Shown one piece after another: positions 14,258-23,388 of a stretch of DNA of 64,000 bases (positions are counted from its first letter, which is position 1; every line of letters starts with the position of its first letter). Under the pieces are notes generated by a model, which saw only the letters and a list, made by a program, of their open reading frames with translations, did no database searches and was not told where the DNA came from. The position numbers were made by a program, and so were the translations under genes. The stretch is from the NCBI RefSeq assembly GCF_050320075.1, contig NZ_CP190018.1. One strand, given 5' to 3'. This DNA comes from Escherichia coli. GTDB taxonomy: Bacteria > Pseudomonadota > Gammaproteobacteria > Enterobacterales > Enterobacteriaceae.

Positions 14258-16811
14258 ACCGGTAGGCGATCTGGTCGTTGATTTGAGTCTGGATGCGGCC
14301 AGATTTGACGAGCAGATGGCCAGAGTCAGGCGTCATTTTTCCGGTACGGAAAGTGATGCGAAAAGAACAGCGGCAGTCGTTGAACAGTCGCTGAGCCGAC
14401 AGGCGCTGGCTGCACAGAAAGCGGGGATTTCCGTCGGGCAGTATAAAGCCGCCATGCGTATGCTGCCTGCACAGTTCACCGACGTGGCCACGCAGCTTGC
14501 AGGCGGGCAAAGCCCGTGGCTGATCCTGCTGCAACAGGGTGGTCAGGTTAAGGACTCCTTCGGCGGGATGATCCCCATGTTCCGGGGGCTTGCCGGTGCG
14601 ATCACCCTGCCGATGGTCGGGGCCACCTCGCTGGCGGTGGCGACCGGTGCGCTGGCGTATGCCTGGTATCAGGGTAACTCAACCCTGTCCGATTTCAACA
14701 AAACGCTGGTCCTTTCCGGTAATCAGTCGGGTCTGACGGCAGATCGTATGCTGGTCCTGTCCAGAGCCGGGCAGGCGGCAGGGCTGACGTTTAACCAGAC
14801 CAGCGAGTCACTCAGTGCACTGGTTAAGGCGGGGGTAAGCGGTGAGGCTCAGATTGCGTCCATCAGCCAGAGTGTGGCGCGTTTCTCTTCTGCATCCGGT
14901 GTGGAGGTGGACAAGGTCGCTGAAGCCTTCGGGAAGCTGACCACTGACCCGACGTCGGGGCTGACGGCGATGGCGCGCCAGTTCCATAACGTGACGGCGG
15001 AGCAGATTGCGTATGTTGCTCAGTTGCAGCGTTCCGGCGATGAAGCCGGGGCATTGCAGGCGGCGAACGAAGCCGCAACGAAAGGGTTTGATGACCAGAC
15101 CCGCCGCCTGAAAGAGAACATGGGCACGCTGGAGACCTGGGCAGACAGGACAGCGCGGGCATTCAAATCCATGTGGGATGCGGTGCTGGATATTGGTCGT
15201 CCTGATACCGCGCAGGAGATGCTGATTAAGGCAGAGGCTGCGTTTAAGAAAGCAGACGACATCTGGAATCTGCGCAAGGATGATTATTTTGTTAACGATG
15301 AAGCGCGGGCGCGTTACTGGGATGATCGTGAAAAGGCCCGTCTTGCGCTTGAAGCCGCCCGAAAGAAGGCTGAGCAGCAGACTCAACAGGACAAAAATGC
15401 GCAGCAGCAGAGCGATACCGAAGCGTCACGGCTGAAATATACCGAAGAGGCGCAGAAGGCTTACGAACGGCTGCAGACGCCGCTGGAGAAATATACCGCC
15501 CGTCAGGAAGAACTGAACAAGGCACTGAAAGACGGGAAAATCCTGCAGGCGGATTACAACACGCTGATGGCGGCGGCGAAAAAGGATTATGAAGCGACGC
15601 TGAAAAAGCCGCAACAGTCCGGCGTGAAGGTGTCTGCGGGCGATCGTCAGGAAGACAGTGCTTATGCTGCCCTGCTGACGCTTCAGGCAGAACTCCGGAC
15701 GCTGGAGAAGCATGCCGGAGCGAATGAGAAAATCAGCCAGCAGCGCCGGGATTTGTGGAAGGCGGAGAGTCAGTTCGCGGTACTGGAGGAGGCGGCGCAA
15801 CGTCGCCAGCTGTCTGCACAGGAGAAATCCCTGCTGGCGCATAAAGATGAGACGCTGAAGTACAAACGCCAGCTGGCTGCACTTGGCGACAAGGTTACGT
15901 ATCAGGAGCGCCTGAACGCGCTGGCGCAGCAGGCGGATAAATTCGCACAGCAGCAACGGGCAAAACGGGCCGCCATTGATGCGAAAAGCCGGGGGCTGAC
16001 TGACCGGCAGGCAGAACGGGAAGCCACGGAACAGCGCCTGAAGGAACAGTATGGCGATAATCCGCTGGCGCTGAATAACGTCATGTCAGAGCAGAAAAAG
16101 ACCTGGGCGGCTGAAGACCAGCTTCGCGGGAGCTGGATGGCAGGCCTGAAGTCCGGCTGGAGTGAGTGGGAAGAGAGCGCCACGGACAGTATGTCGCAGG
16201 TTAAAAGTGCAGCCACGCAGACCTTTGATGGTATTGCACAGAATATGGCGGCGATGCTGACCGGCAGTGAGCAGAACTGGCGCAGCTTCACCCGTTCCGT
16301 GCTGTCCATGATGACAGAAATTCTGCTTAAGCAGGCAATGGTGGGGATTGTCGGGAGTATCGGCAGCGCCATTGGCGGTGCTGCCAGTGGTGGAGCATCC
16401 GCGTCAGGCGGTACAGCCATTCAGGCCGCTGCGGCGAAATTCCATTTTGCGACCGGGGGATTTACGGGAACCGGCGGCAAATATGAGCCAGCGGGGATTG
16501 TTCACCGTGGTGAATTTGTCTTCACGAAGGAGGCAACCAGCCGGATTGGTGTCGGCAACCTGTACCGCCTGATGCGGGGCTATGCGGAAGGTGGTTATGT
16601 GGGCGGTGCCGGAAGTCCGGCGCAGATGCGGCGGGCTGAAGGCATTAATTTTAATCAGAACAATCACGTGGTGATTCAGAACGACGGTACGAATGGTCTG
16701 CCAGGTCCACAGATGATGAAGGCAGTGTATGACATGGCCCGCAAGGGTGCCCGTGATGAAATTCAGGCACAGATGCGTGATGGTGGTCTGTTCTCCGGAG
16801 GTGGACGATGA
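14250..16811 (+). CDS. H: tail tape measure protein H
   Basis: 853 aa, coiled-coil-rich, lambda gpH length and position. Confidence 0.95.
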   Translation: MAEPVGDLVVDLSLDAARFDEQMARVRRHFSGTESDAKRTAAVVEQSLSRQALAAQKAGISVGQYKAAMRMLPAQFTDVATQLAGGQSPWLILLQQGGQVKDSFGGMIPMFRGLAGAITLPMVGATSLAVATGALAYAWYQGNSTLSDFNKTLVLSGNQSGLTADRMLVLSRAGQAAGLTFNQTSESLSALVKAGVSGEAQIASISQSVARFSSASGVEVDKVAEAFGKLTTDPTSGLTAMARQFHNVTAEQIAYVAQLQRSGDEAGALQAANEAATKGFDDQTRRLKENMGTLETWADRTARAFKSMWDAVLDIGRPDTAQEMLIKAEAAFKKADDIWNLRKDDYFVNDEARARYWDDREKARLALEAARKKAEQQTQQDKNAQQQSDTEASRLKYTEEAQKAYERLQTPLEKYTARQEELNKALKDGKILQADYNTLMAAAKKDYEATLKKPQQSGVKVSAGDRQEDSAYAALLTLQAELRTLEKHAGANEKISQQRRDLWKAESQFAVLEEAAQRRQLSAQEKSLLAHKDETLKYKRQLAALGDKVTYQERLNALAQQADKFAQQQRAKRAAIDAKSRGLTDRQAEREATEQRLKEQYGDNPLALNNVMSEQKKTWAAEDQLRGSWMAGLKSGWSEWEESATDSMSQVKSAATQTFDGIAQNMAAMLTGSEQNWRSFTRSVLSMMTEILLKQAMVGIVGSIGSAIGGAASGGASASGGTAIQAAAAKFHFATGGFTGTGGKYEPAGIVHRGEFVFTKEATSRIGVGNLYRLMRGYAEGGYVGGAGSPAQMRRAEGINFNQNNHVVIQNDGTNGLPGPQMMKAVYDMARKGARDEIQAQMRDGGLFSGGGR

Positions 16812-17137
16812 AAACCTTCCGCTGGAAAGTGAAACCCGGTATGGATGTGGCTTCGGCCCCTTCCGTAAGAAAGGTGCGCTTTGGTGATGGCTATTCCCAG
16901 CGAGCGCCTGCCGGGCTGAACGCTGACCTGAAAACGTACAGCGTGACGCTTTCTGTTCACCGTTGGGAGGCCACGGCGCTGGAGTCGTTTCTGGCTGAGC
17001 ACGGGGGCTGGAAGGCCTTTCTGTGGACGCCGCCTTATGAGTGGCGGCAGATAAAGGTGACCTGCGCAAAATGGACGTCGCGGGTCAGTATGCTGCGTGT
17101 TGAGTTCAGCGCAGAGTTTGAACAGGTGGTGAACTGA
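16808..17137 (+). CDS. M: tail tip protein M
   Basis: 109 aa, lambda gpM-like. Confidence 0.9.
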   Translation: MKTFRWKVKPGMDVASAPSVRKVRFGDGYSQRAPAGLNADLKTYSVTLSVHRWEATALESFLAEHGGWKAFLWTPPYEWRQIKVTCAKWTSRVSMLRVEFSAEFEQVVN

Positions 17138-17835
17138 TGCAGGATATCCGGCAGGAAACACTGAATGAATGCACCCGTGCGGAGCAGTCGGCCAGCGTGG
17201 TGCTCTGGGAAATCGATCTGACAGAGGTCGGTGGAGAACGTTATTTTTTCTGTAATGAGCAGAACGAAAAAGGTGAGCCGGTCACCTGGCAGGGGCGGCA
17301 GTATCTGGCGTATCCCATTCAGGGGAGTGGTTTTGAACTGAATGGCAAAGGCACCAGTACGCGCCCCATGCTGGCAGTCTCTAACCTGTACGGCATGGTC
17401 ACCGGGATGGCGGAAGACCTGCAGAGTCTGGTCGGCGGAACGGTGGTCAGGCGTAAGGTTTACGCCCGTTTTCTGGATGCGGTGAACTTCGTCAACGGAA
17501 ACAGCGATGCCGATCCGGAGCAGGAGGTGATCAGCCGCTGGCGCATCGAACAGTGCAGCGAACTGAGCGCGGTCAGTGCCTCTTTTGTACTGTCCACACC
17601 GACGGAAACGGACGGCGCTGTTTTTCCGGGGCGCATCATGCTGGCCAACACCTGCACCTGGACCTATCGCGGTGATGAGTGCGGTTATCACGGTCCGGCG
17701 GTCGCGGATGAATATGACCAGCCGACGTCCGATATCACGAAGGATAAATGCAGCAAATGCCTGAGTGGCTGTAAGTTTCGCAATAATGTCGGCAACTTTG
17801 GCGGCTTCCTTTCCATTAACAAACTTTCGCAGTAA
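17137..17835 (+). CDS. L: tail tip protein L
   Basis: 232 aa, lambda gpL-like. Confidence 0.9.
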   Translation: MQDIRQETLNECTRAEQSASVVLWEIDLTEVGGERYFFCNEQNEKGEPVTWQGRQYLAYPIQGSGFELNGKGTSTRPMLAVSNLYGMVTGMAEDLQSLVGGTVVRRKVYARFLDAVNFVNGNSDADPEQEVISRWRIEQCSELSAVSASFVLSTPTETDGAVFPGRIMLANTCTWTYRGDECGYHGPAVADEYDQPTSDITKDKCSKCLSGCKFRNNVGNFGGFLSINKLSQ

Positions 17836-17840
17836 ATCCC

Positions 17841-18584
17841 ATGACAGAGACAGAATCAGCGATTCTGGCGCACGCCCGGCGATGTGCGCCAGCGGAGTCG
17901 TGCGGCTTCGTGGTGAGAACGCCGGAGGGGGAAAGATATTTTCCCTGCGTGAATATCTCCGGTGAGCCGGAGGATTATTTCCGGATGTCGCCGGAGGACT
18001 GGCTGCAGGCAGAGATGCAGGGTGAGATTGTGGCGCTGGTCCACAGTCATCCCGGTGGTCTGCCCTGGCTGAGTGAGGCTGACCGGTGGCTGCAGGTGCA
18101 GAGTGATTTGCCGTGGTGGCTGGTCTGCCGGGGGGCGATTCACAAGTTCCGCTGTGTGCCGCATCTCACCGGGCGGCGCTTTGAGCACGGGGTGACGGAC
18201 TGTTACACGCTGTTCCGGGACGCTTACCATCTGGCGGGGATTGAGATGCCGGATTTTACGCGGGAGGATGACTGGTGGCGTCACGGTCAGAATCTCTATC
18301 TGGATAATCTGGAGGCCACAGGGCTGTATCAGGTGCCGTTGTCAGCGGCGCAGCCGGGCGATGTGCTGCTGTGCTGTTTTGGTTCATCGGTGCCGAATCA
18401 CGCCGCAATTTACTGCGGCGACGGCGAGCTGCTGCACCATATTCCTGAACAACTGAGCAAACGAGAGAGGTATACCGACAAATGGCAGCGACGCACACAC
18501 TCCCTCTGGCGTCACCGGGCATGGCGCGCATCTGCCTTTACGGGGATTTACAACGATTTGGTCGCCGCATCGACCTTCGTGTGA
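17841..18584 (+). CDS. K: tail tip assembly protein K (MPN/JAMM-like motif HSHPGG plus NlpC/P60-like C-terminal part)
   Basis: 247-aa ORF; a shorter lambda-style annotation would start at Met 17985, but the metalloprotease-like motif region argues for the long form. Confidence 0.85.
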   Translation: MTETESAILAHARRCAPAESCGFVVRTPEGERYFPCVNISGEPEDYFRMSPEDWLQAEMQGEIVALVHSHPGGLPWLSEADRWLQVQSDLPWWLVCRGAIHKFRCVPHLTGRRFEHGVTDCYTLFRDAYHLAGIEMPDFTREDDWWRHGQNLYLDNLEATGLYQVPLSAAQPGDVLLCCFGSSVPNHAAIYCGDGELLHHIPEQLSKRERYTDKWQRRTHSLWRHRAWRASAFTGIYNDLVAASTFV

Positions 18585-19123
18585 AAACGGGGGCTGAAGC
18601 CATCCGGGCGCTGGCCACACAGCTCCCGGCGTTTCGTCAGAAACTGAGCGACGGCTGGTATCAGGTACGGATTGCCGGGCGTGATACAGGTGAAACGGAA
18701 TTATCAGCCCGTCTTAATGAACCGCTGGCAAATGGTGCTGTGATCCATATCGTGCCGCGTCTGGCAGGAGCCAAAAGTGGCGGTGTGTTTCAGGCTGTGC
18801 TGGGGGCGGCTGTTATGGCGGTTGCTATATGGATGCCGGGGGTAGGAATTATGGCGAGTAATCTGCTGTTTTCTCTCGGTGCCAGTATGACGCTTGGCGG
18901 TGTTGCACAGATGCTGGCCCCTAAACCCAAAACCCCCCGCACACAGACAACGGATAACGGCAAACAGAACACCTATTTTTCTTCACTGGATAATATGGTT
19001 GCCCAGGGCAATGTTCTGCCCGTTCTGTACGGTGAAATGCGCGTGGGATCACGTGTGGTATCTCAGGAGATCAGCACAGCAGATGAAGGTGATGGTGGTC
19101 AGGTTGTGGTGATTGGTCGCTGA
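18482..19123 (+). CDS. I: tail tip assembly protein I
   Basis: 213 aa, overlaps K 3' end in another frame as in lambda. Confidence 0.85.
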   Translation: MAATHTLPLASPGMARICLYGDLQRFGRRIDLRVKTGAEAIRALATQLPAFRQKLSDGWYQVRIAGRDTGETELSARLNEPLANGAVIHIVPRLAGAKSGGVFQAVLGAAVMAVAIWMPGVGIMASNLLFSLGASMTLGGVAQMLAPKPKTPRTQTTDNGKQNTYFSSLDNMVAQGNVLPVLYGEMRVGSRVVSQEISTADEGDGGQVVVIGR

Positions 19124-19183
19124 TGAAAAACGTTTTATGTGAAACCGCCTCCGGGCGGTTTTATCGTTTATGGAGCATGACGA

Positions 19184-22100
19184 ATGGGTAAAGGCAGCAG
19201 TAAGGGGCATACCCCGCGCGAAGCGAAGGACAACCTGAAGTCCACGCAGCTGCTGAGTGTGATCGATGCCATCAGCGAAGGGCCGGTTGAAGGTCCGGTG
19301 GATGGATTAAAAAGCGTGCTGCTGAACAGTACGCCGGTGCTGGACAGTGAGGGGAATACCAATATATCCGGCGTCACGGTGGTGTTCCGGGCCGGTGAGC
19401 AGGAGCAGACTCCGCCGGAGGGATTTGAATCCTCCGGTTCCGAGACGGTGCTGGGTACGGAAGTGAAATATGACACGCCGATCACCCGCACCATCACGTC
19501 GGCAAACATCGACCGTCTGCGCTTTACCTTCGGTGTGCAGGCACTGGTGGAAACCACCTCAAAGGGGGACAGGAATCCATCGGAAGTCCGCCTGCTGGTT
19601 CAGATACAACGTAACGGTGGCTGGGTGACGGAAAAAGACATCACCATTAAGGGTAAAACCACCTCGCAGTATCTGGCCTCAGTGGTGGTGGATAACCTGC
19701 CGCCGCGCCCGTTTAATATCCGGATGCGCAGGATGACGCCGGACAGCACCACAGACCAGCTGCAGAACAAAACGCTCTGGTCGTCATACACCGAAATCAT
19801 CGATGTGAAACAGTGCTACCCGAACACGGCACTGGTCGGCGTGCAGGTGGACTCGGAGCAGTTCGGCAGCCAGCAGGTGAGCCGTAATTATCATCTGCGC
19901 GGGCGTATTCTGCAGGTGCCGTCGAACTATAACCCGCAGACGCGGCAATACAGCGGTATCTGGGACGGGACGTTTAAACCGGCATACAGCAACAACATGG
20001 CCTGGTGTCTGTGGGATATGCTGACCCATCCGCGCTACGGCATGGGGAAGCGTCTCGGTGCGGCGGATGTGGACAAATGGGCGCTGTATGTCATCGGCCA
20101 GAATTGCGACCAGTCGGTGCCGGATGGCTTTGGTGGCACGGAGCCGCGCATCACCTGTAATGCCTGGCTGACCACGCAGCGCAAGGCGTGGGATGTGCTC
20201 AGTGATTTCTGCTCGGCGATGCGCTGTATGCCGGTATGGAACGGGCAGACGCTGACGTTCGTGCAGGACCGGCCATCGGATAAGGTGTGGACCTATAACC
20301 GCAGTAATGTGGTGATGCCGGATGATGGCGCGCCGTTCCGCTACAGCTTCAGCGCCCTGAAGGACCGTCATAATGCCGTTGAGGTGAACTGGATTGACCC
20401 GAATAACGGCTGGGAGACGGCGACAGAGCTTGTGGAGGACACGCAGGCCATTGCCCGTTACGGTCGTAACGTTACGAAGATGGATGCCTTTGGCTGTACC
20501 AGCCGGGGGCAGGCACACCGCGCCGGGCTGTGGCTGATTAAAACAGAACTGCTGGAAACGCAGACCGTGGATTTCAGCGTCGGCGCAGAAGGGCTTCGCC
20601 ATGTACCGGGCGATGTTATTGAAATCTGTGATGATGACTATGCCGGTATCAGCACCGGTGGTCGTGTGCTGGCGGTGAACAGCCAGACCCGGACGCTGAC
20701 GCTCGACCGTGAAATCACGCTGCCATCCTCCGGTACCACGCTGATAAGCCTGGTTGACGGAAGTGGCAATCCGGTCAGCGTGGAGGTTCAGTCCGTCACC
20801 GACGGCGTGAAGGTAAAAGTGAGCCGTGTTCCTGACGGTGTTGCTGAATACAGCGTATGGGGGCTGAAGCTGCCGACGCTGCGCCAGCGACTGTTCCGCT
20901 GCGTGAGTATCCGTGAGAACGACGACGGCACGTATGCCATCACCGCCGTGCAGCATGTGCCGGAAAAAGAGGCCATCGTGGATAACGGGGCGCACTTTGA
21001 CGGCGAACAGAGTGGCACGGTGAATGGTGTCACGCCGCCAGCGGTGCAGCACCTGACCGCAGAAGTCACTGCAGACAGCGGGGAATATCAGGTGCTGGCG
21101 CGCTGGGATACGCCGAAGGTGGTGAAGGGTGTGAGCTTTATGCTTCGCCTGACCGTGGCAGCGGATGACGGCAGTGAGCGGCTGGTCAGCACGGCCCGGA
21201 CGACGGAAACCACATACCGCTTCAGGCAGCTGGCGCTGGGAAGCTACAGGCTGACAGTCCGGGCGGCAAATGCCTGGGGGCAGCAGGGCGATCCTGCATC
21301 GGTATCGTTCCGGATTGCCGCACCGGCAGCGCCGTCGCGGATTGAGCTGACGCCGGGCTATTTTCAGATAACCGCCACGCCCCATCTTGCCGTTTATGAT
21401 CCGACGGTACAGTTTGAGTTCTGGTTCTCGGAAAAGCGGATTGCGGATATCAGGCAGGTTGAAACTACAGCCCGCTATCTTGGCACGGCGCTGTACTGGA
21501 TAGCTGCCAGTATCAATATCAAACCGGGCCATGATTATTATTTTTACATCCGCAGTGTGAACACCGTTGGCAAATCGGCATTTGTGGAGGCTGTTGGCCA
21601 GCCGAGTGATGATGCATCCGGCTATCTGGATTTTTTCAAAGGCGAGATAGGGAAAAGCCATCTGGCTCAGGAGCTGTGGACGCAGATTGATAACGGTCAG
21701 CTTGCGCCTGACCTGGCTGAAATCAGGACGTCCATTACGGATGTCAGCAATGAAATCACGCAGACCGTCAATAAGAAACTGGAAGACCAGAGTGCGGCAA
21801 TTCAGCAGATACAGAAGGTTCAGGTTGATACAAATAATAACCTGAACAGCATGTGGGCTGTGAAGCTGCAGCAGATGCAGGACGGACGCCTTTATATCGC
21901 GGGTATTGGTGCCGGTATTGAGAACACCCCTGACGGCATGCAGAGTCAGGTGCTGCTGGCGGCGGACAGGATTGCGATGGTTAATCCTGCGAATGGCAAC
22001 ACAAAGCCGATGTTTGTTGGTCAGGGCGATCAGATATTCATGAACGAAGTGTTCCTGAAATATCTGACGGCTCCCACCATTACCAGCGGCGGTAATCCTC

Positions 22101-22663
22101 CGGCATTTTCCCTGACACCGGACGGGCGGCTGACGGCGAAAAATGCCGATATCAGCGGTAACGTGAATGCGAACTCCGGGACGCTCAACAACGTCACGAT
22201 TAACGAGAACTGCCGGGTTCTGGGAAAACTGTCCGCGAACCAGATTGAAGGCGATCTCGTTAAAACAGTGGGTAAAGCTTTCCCCCGGGACTCCCGTGCA
22301 CCGGAACGGTGGCCATCAGGGACCATTACCGTCAGGATTTATGACGATCAGCCGTTTGACCGACAGATTGTTATTCCGGCGGTGGCATTCAGCGGCGCTA
22401 AGCATGAGAGAGAGCATACTGATATTTACTCCTCATGCCGTCTGATAGTGCGGAAAAACGGTGCTGAAATTTATAACCGTACCGCGCTGGATAATACGCT
22501 GATTTACAGTGGCGTTATTGATATGCCTGCCGGTCACGGTCACATGACGCTGGAGTTTTCGGTGTCAGCATGGCTGGTAAATAACTGGTATCCCACAGCA
22601 AGTATCAGCGATTTGCTGGTTGTGGTGATGAAGAAAGCCACCGCAGGCATCAGTATCAGCTGA
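19184..22663 (+). CDS. J: central tail fibre / host specificity protein J
   Basis: 1159 aa, lambda gpJ-like order and N-terminal/central sequence. Confidence 0.9.
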   Translation: MGKGSSKGHTPREAKDNLKSTQLLSVIDAISEGPVEGPVDGLKSVLLNSTPVLDSEGNTNISGVTVVFRAGEQEQTPPEGFESSGSETVLGTEVKYDTPITRTITSANIDRLRFTFGVQALVETTSKGDRNPSEVRLLVQIQRNGGWVTEKDITIKGKTTSQYLASVVVDNLPPRPFNIRMRRMTPDSTTDQLQNKTLWSSYTEIIDVKQCYPNTALVGVQVDSEQFGSQQVSRNYHLRGRILQVPSNYNPQTRQYSGIWDGTFKPAYSNNMAWCLWDMLTHPRYGMGKRLGAADVDKWALYVIGQNCDQSVPDGFGGTEPRITCNAWLTTQRKAWDVLSDFCSAMRCMPVWNGQTLTFVQDRPSDKVWTYNRSNVVMPDDGAPFRYSFSALKDRHNAVEVNWIDPNNGWETATELVEDTQAIARYGRNVTKMDAFGCTSRGQAHRAGLWLIKTELLETQTVDFSVGAEGLRHVPGDVIEICDDDYAGISTGGRVLAVNSQTRTLTLDREITLPSSGTTLISLVDGSGNPVSVEVQSVTDGVKVKVSRVPDGVAEYSVWGLKLPTLRQRLFRCVSIRENDDGTYAITAVQHVPEKEAIVDNGAHFDGEQSGTVNGVTPPAVQHLTAEVTADSGEYQVLARWDTPKVVKGVSFMLRLTVAADDGSERLVSTARTTETTYRFRQLALGSYRLTVRAANAWGQQGDPASVSFRIAAPAAPSRIELTPGYFQITATPHLAVYDPTVQFEFWFSEKRIADIRQVETTARYLGTALYWIAASINIKPGHDYYFYIRSVNTVGKSAFVEAVGQPSDDASGYLDFFKGEIGKSHLAQELWTQIDNGQLAPDLAEIRTSITDVSNEITQTVNKKLEDQSAAIQQIQKVQVDTNNNLNSMWAVKLQQMQDGRLYIAGIGAGIENTPDGMQSQVLLAADRIAMVNPANGNTKPMFVGQGDQIFMNEVFLKYLTAPTITSGGNPPAFSLTPDGRLTAKNADISGNVNANSGTLNNVTINENCRVLGKLSANQIEGDLVKTVGKAFPRDSRAPERWPSGTITVRIYDDQPFDRQIVIPAVAFSGAKHEREHTDIYSSCRLIVRKNGAEIYNRTALDNTLIYSGVIDMPAGHGHMTLEFSVSAWLVNNWYPTASISDLLVVVMKKATAGISIS

Positions 22664-22682
22664 ATTTTATAGCCCCAATACG

Positions 22683-22706
22683 GGCGTCAGAAATGACGCC
22701 TTTTTT
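22683..22706 (+). terminator. hairpin plus T-run after J
   Basis: ggcgtc-agaaat-gacgcc followed by tttttt. Confidence 0.5.
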
Positions 22707-22730
22707 ATTGCAGAAAAGCGAGAGGTAATT

Positions 22731-23330
22731 ATGCGTAAATTATGTGCTGTTATTCTGTCCACAGTAGTCTGGCTGGTCGCCGCTGGTACGCCAGCGAGCG
22801 CAGCAGAGCATCAGTCCACACTAAGCGCCGGGTATCTTCAGACCCATACTGATATGCCCGGCAACGATGACCTGAAGGGCATTAACGTGAAATACCGTTA
22901 TGAATTTACGGACACGCTGGGGCTGGTGACGTCATTCAGTTATGCCAATGCCAAAGATGAGCAAAAAACGCATTACAGCGATACCCGCTGGCATGAAGAT
23001 TCAGTGCGTAACCGCTGGTTCAGCATGATGGCGGGGCCGTCTGTACGCGTGAATGAATGGTTCAGTGCTTATGCGATGGCAGGTGTGGCTTACAGCCGTG
23101 TTTCGACTTTTTCCGGGGATTATCTCCGCGTAACTGACAGCAAGGGGAAAACGCACGATGTGCTGACCGGAAGTGATGACGGTCGCCACAGCAACACGTC
23201 TCTGGCGTGGGGGGCTGGCGTGCAGTTTAACCCGACCGAATCCGTGGCCATTGATATTGCTTATGAAGGTTCCGGCAGTGGCGACTGGCGCACTGACGGT
23301 TTCATCGTGGGTGTCGGTTATAAATTCTGA
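22731..23330 (+). CDS. lom: Lom outer-membrane protein (Ail/Lom family)
   Basis: 199 aa with signal peptide, beta-barrel-type sequence ending ...GVGYKF; lambda lom position. Confidence 0.9.
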   Translation: MRKLCAVILSTVVWLVAAGTPASAAEHQSTLSAGYLQTHTDMPGNDDLKGINVKYRYEFTDTLGLVTSFSYANAKDEQKTHYSDTRWHEDSVRNRWFSMMAGPSVRVNEWFSAYAMAGVAYSRVSTFSGDYLRVTDSKGKTHDVLTGSDDGRHSNTSLAWGAGVQFNPTESVAIDIAYEGSGSGDWRTDGFIVGVGYKF

Positions 23331-23357
23331 TTAGCCAGATAACACAGTGTTATGACA

Positions 23358-23383
23358 GCCCGCCGGTTCAGGCGGGCTTTTTT
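23358..23383 (+). terminator. hairpin plus T-run after lom
   Basis: gcccgcc-ggttca-ggcgggc followed by tttttt. Confidence 0.5.
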
Positions 23384-23388
23384 GTGGA

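Noticed and set aside
19784-21661. 625-aa ORF on the minus strand inside J
   Set aside because: Antisense shadow ORF in a GC-rich coding region; Arg/Pro/Ala-rich low-complexity translation, no start context; the plus-strand frame is the conserved J protein.
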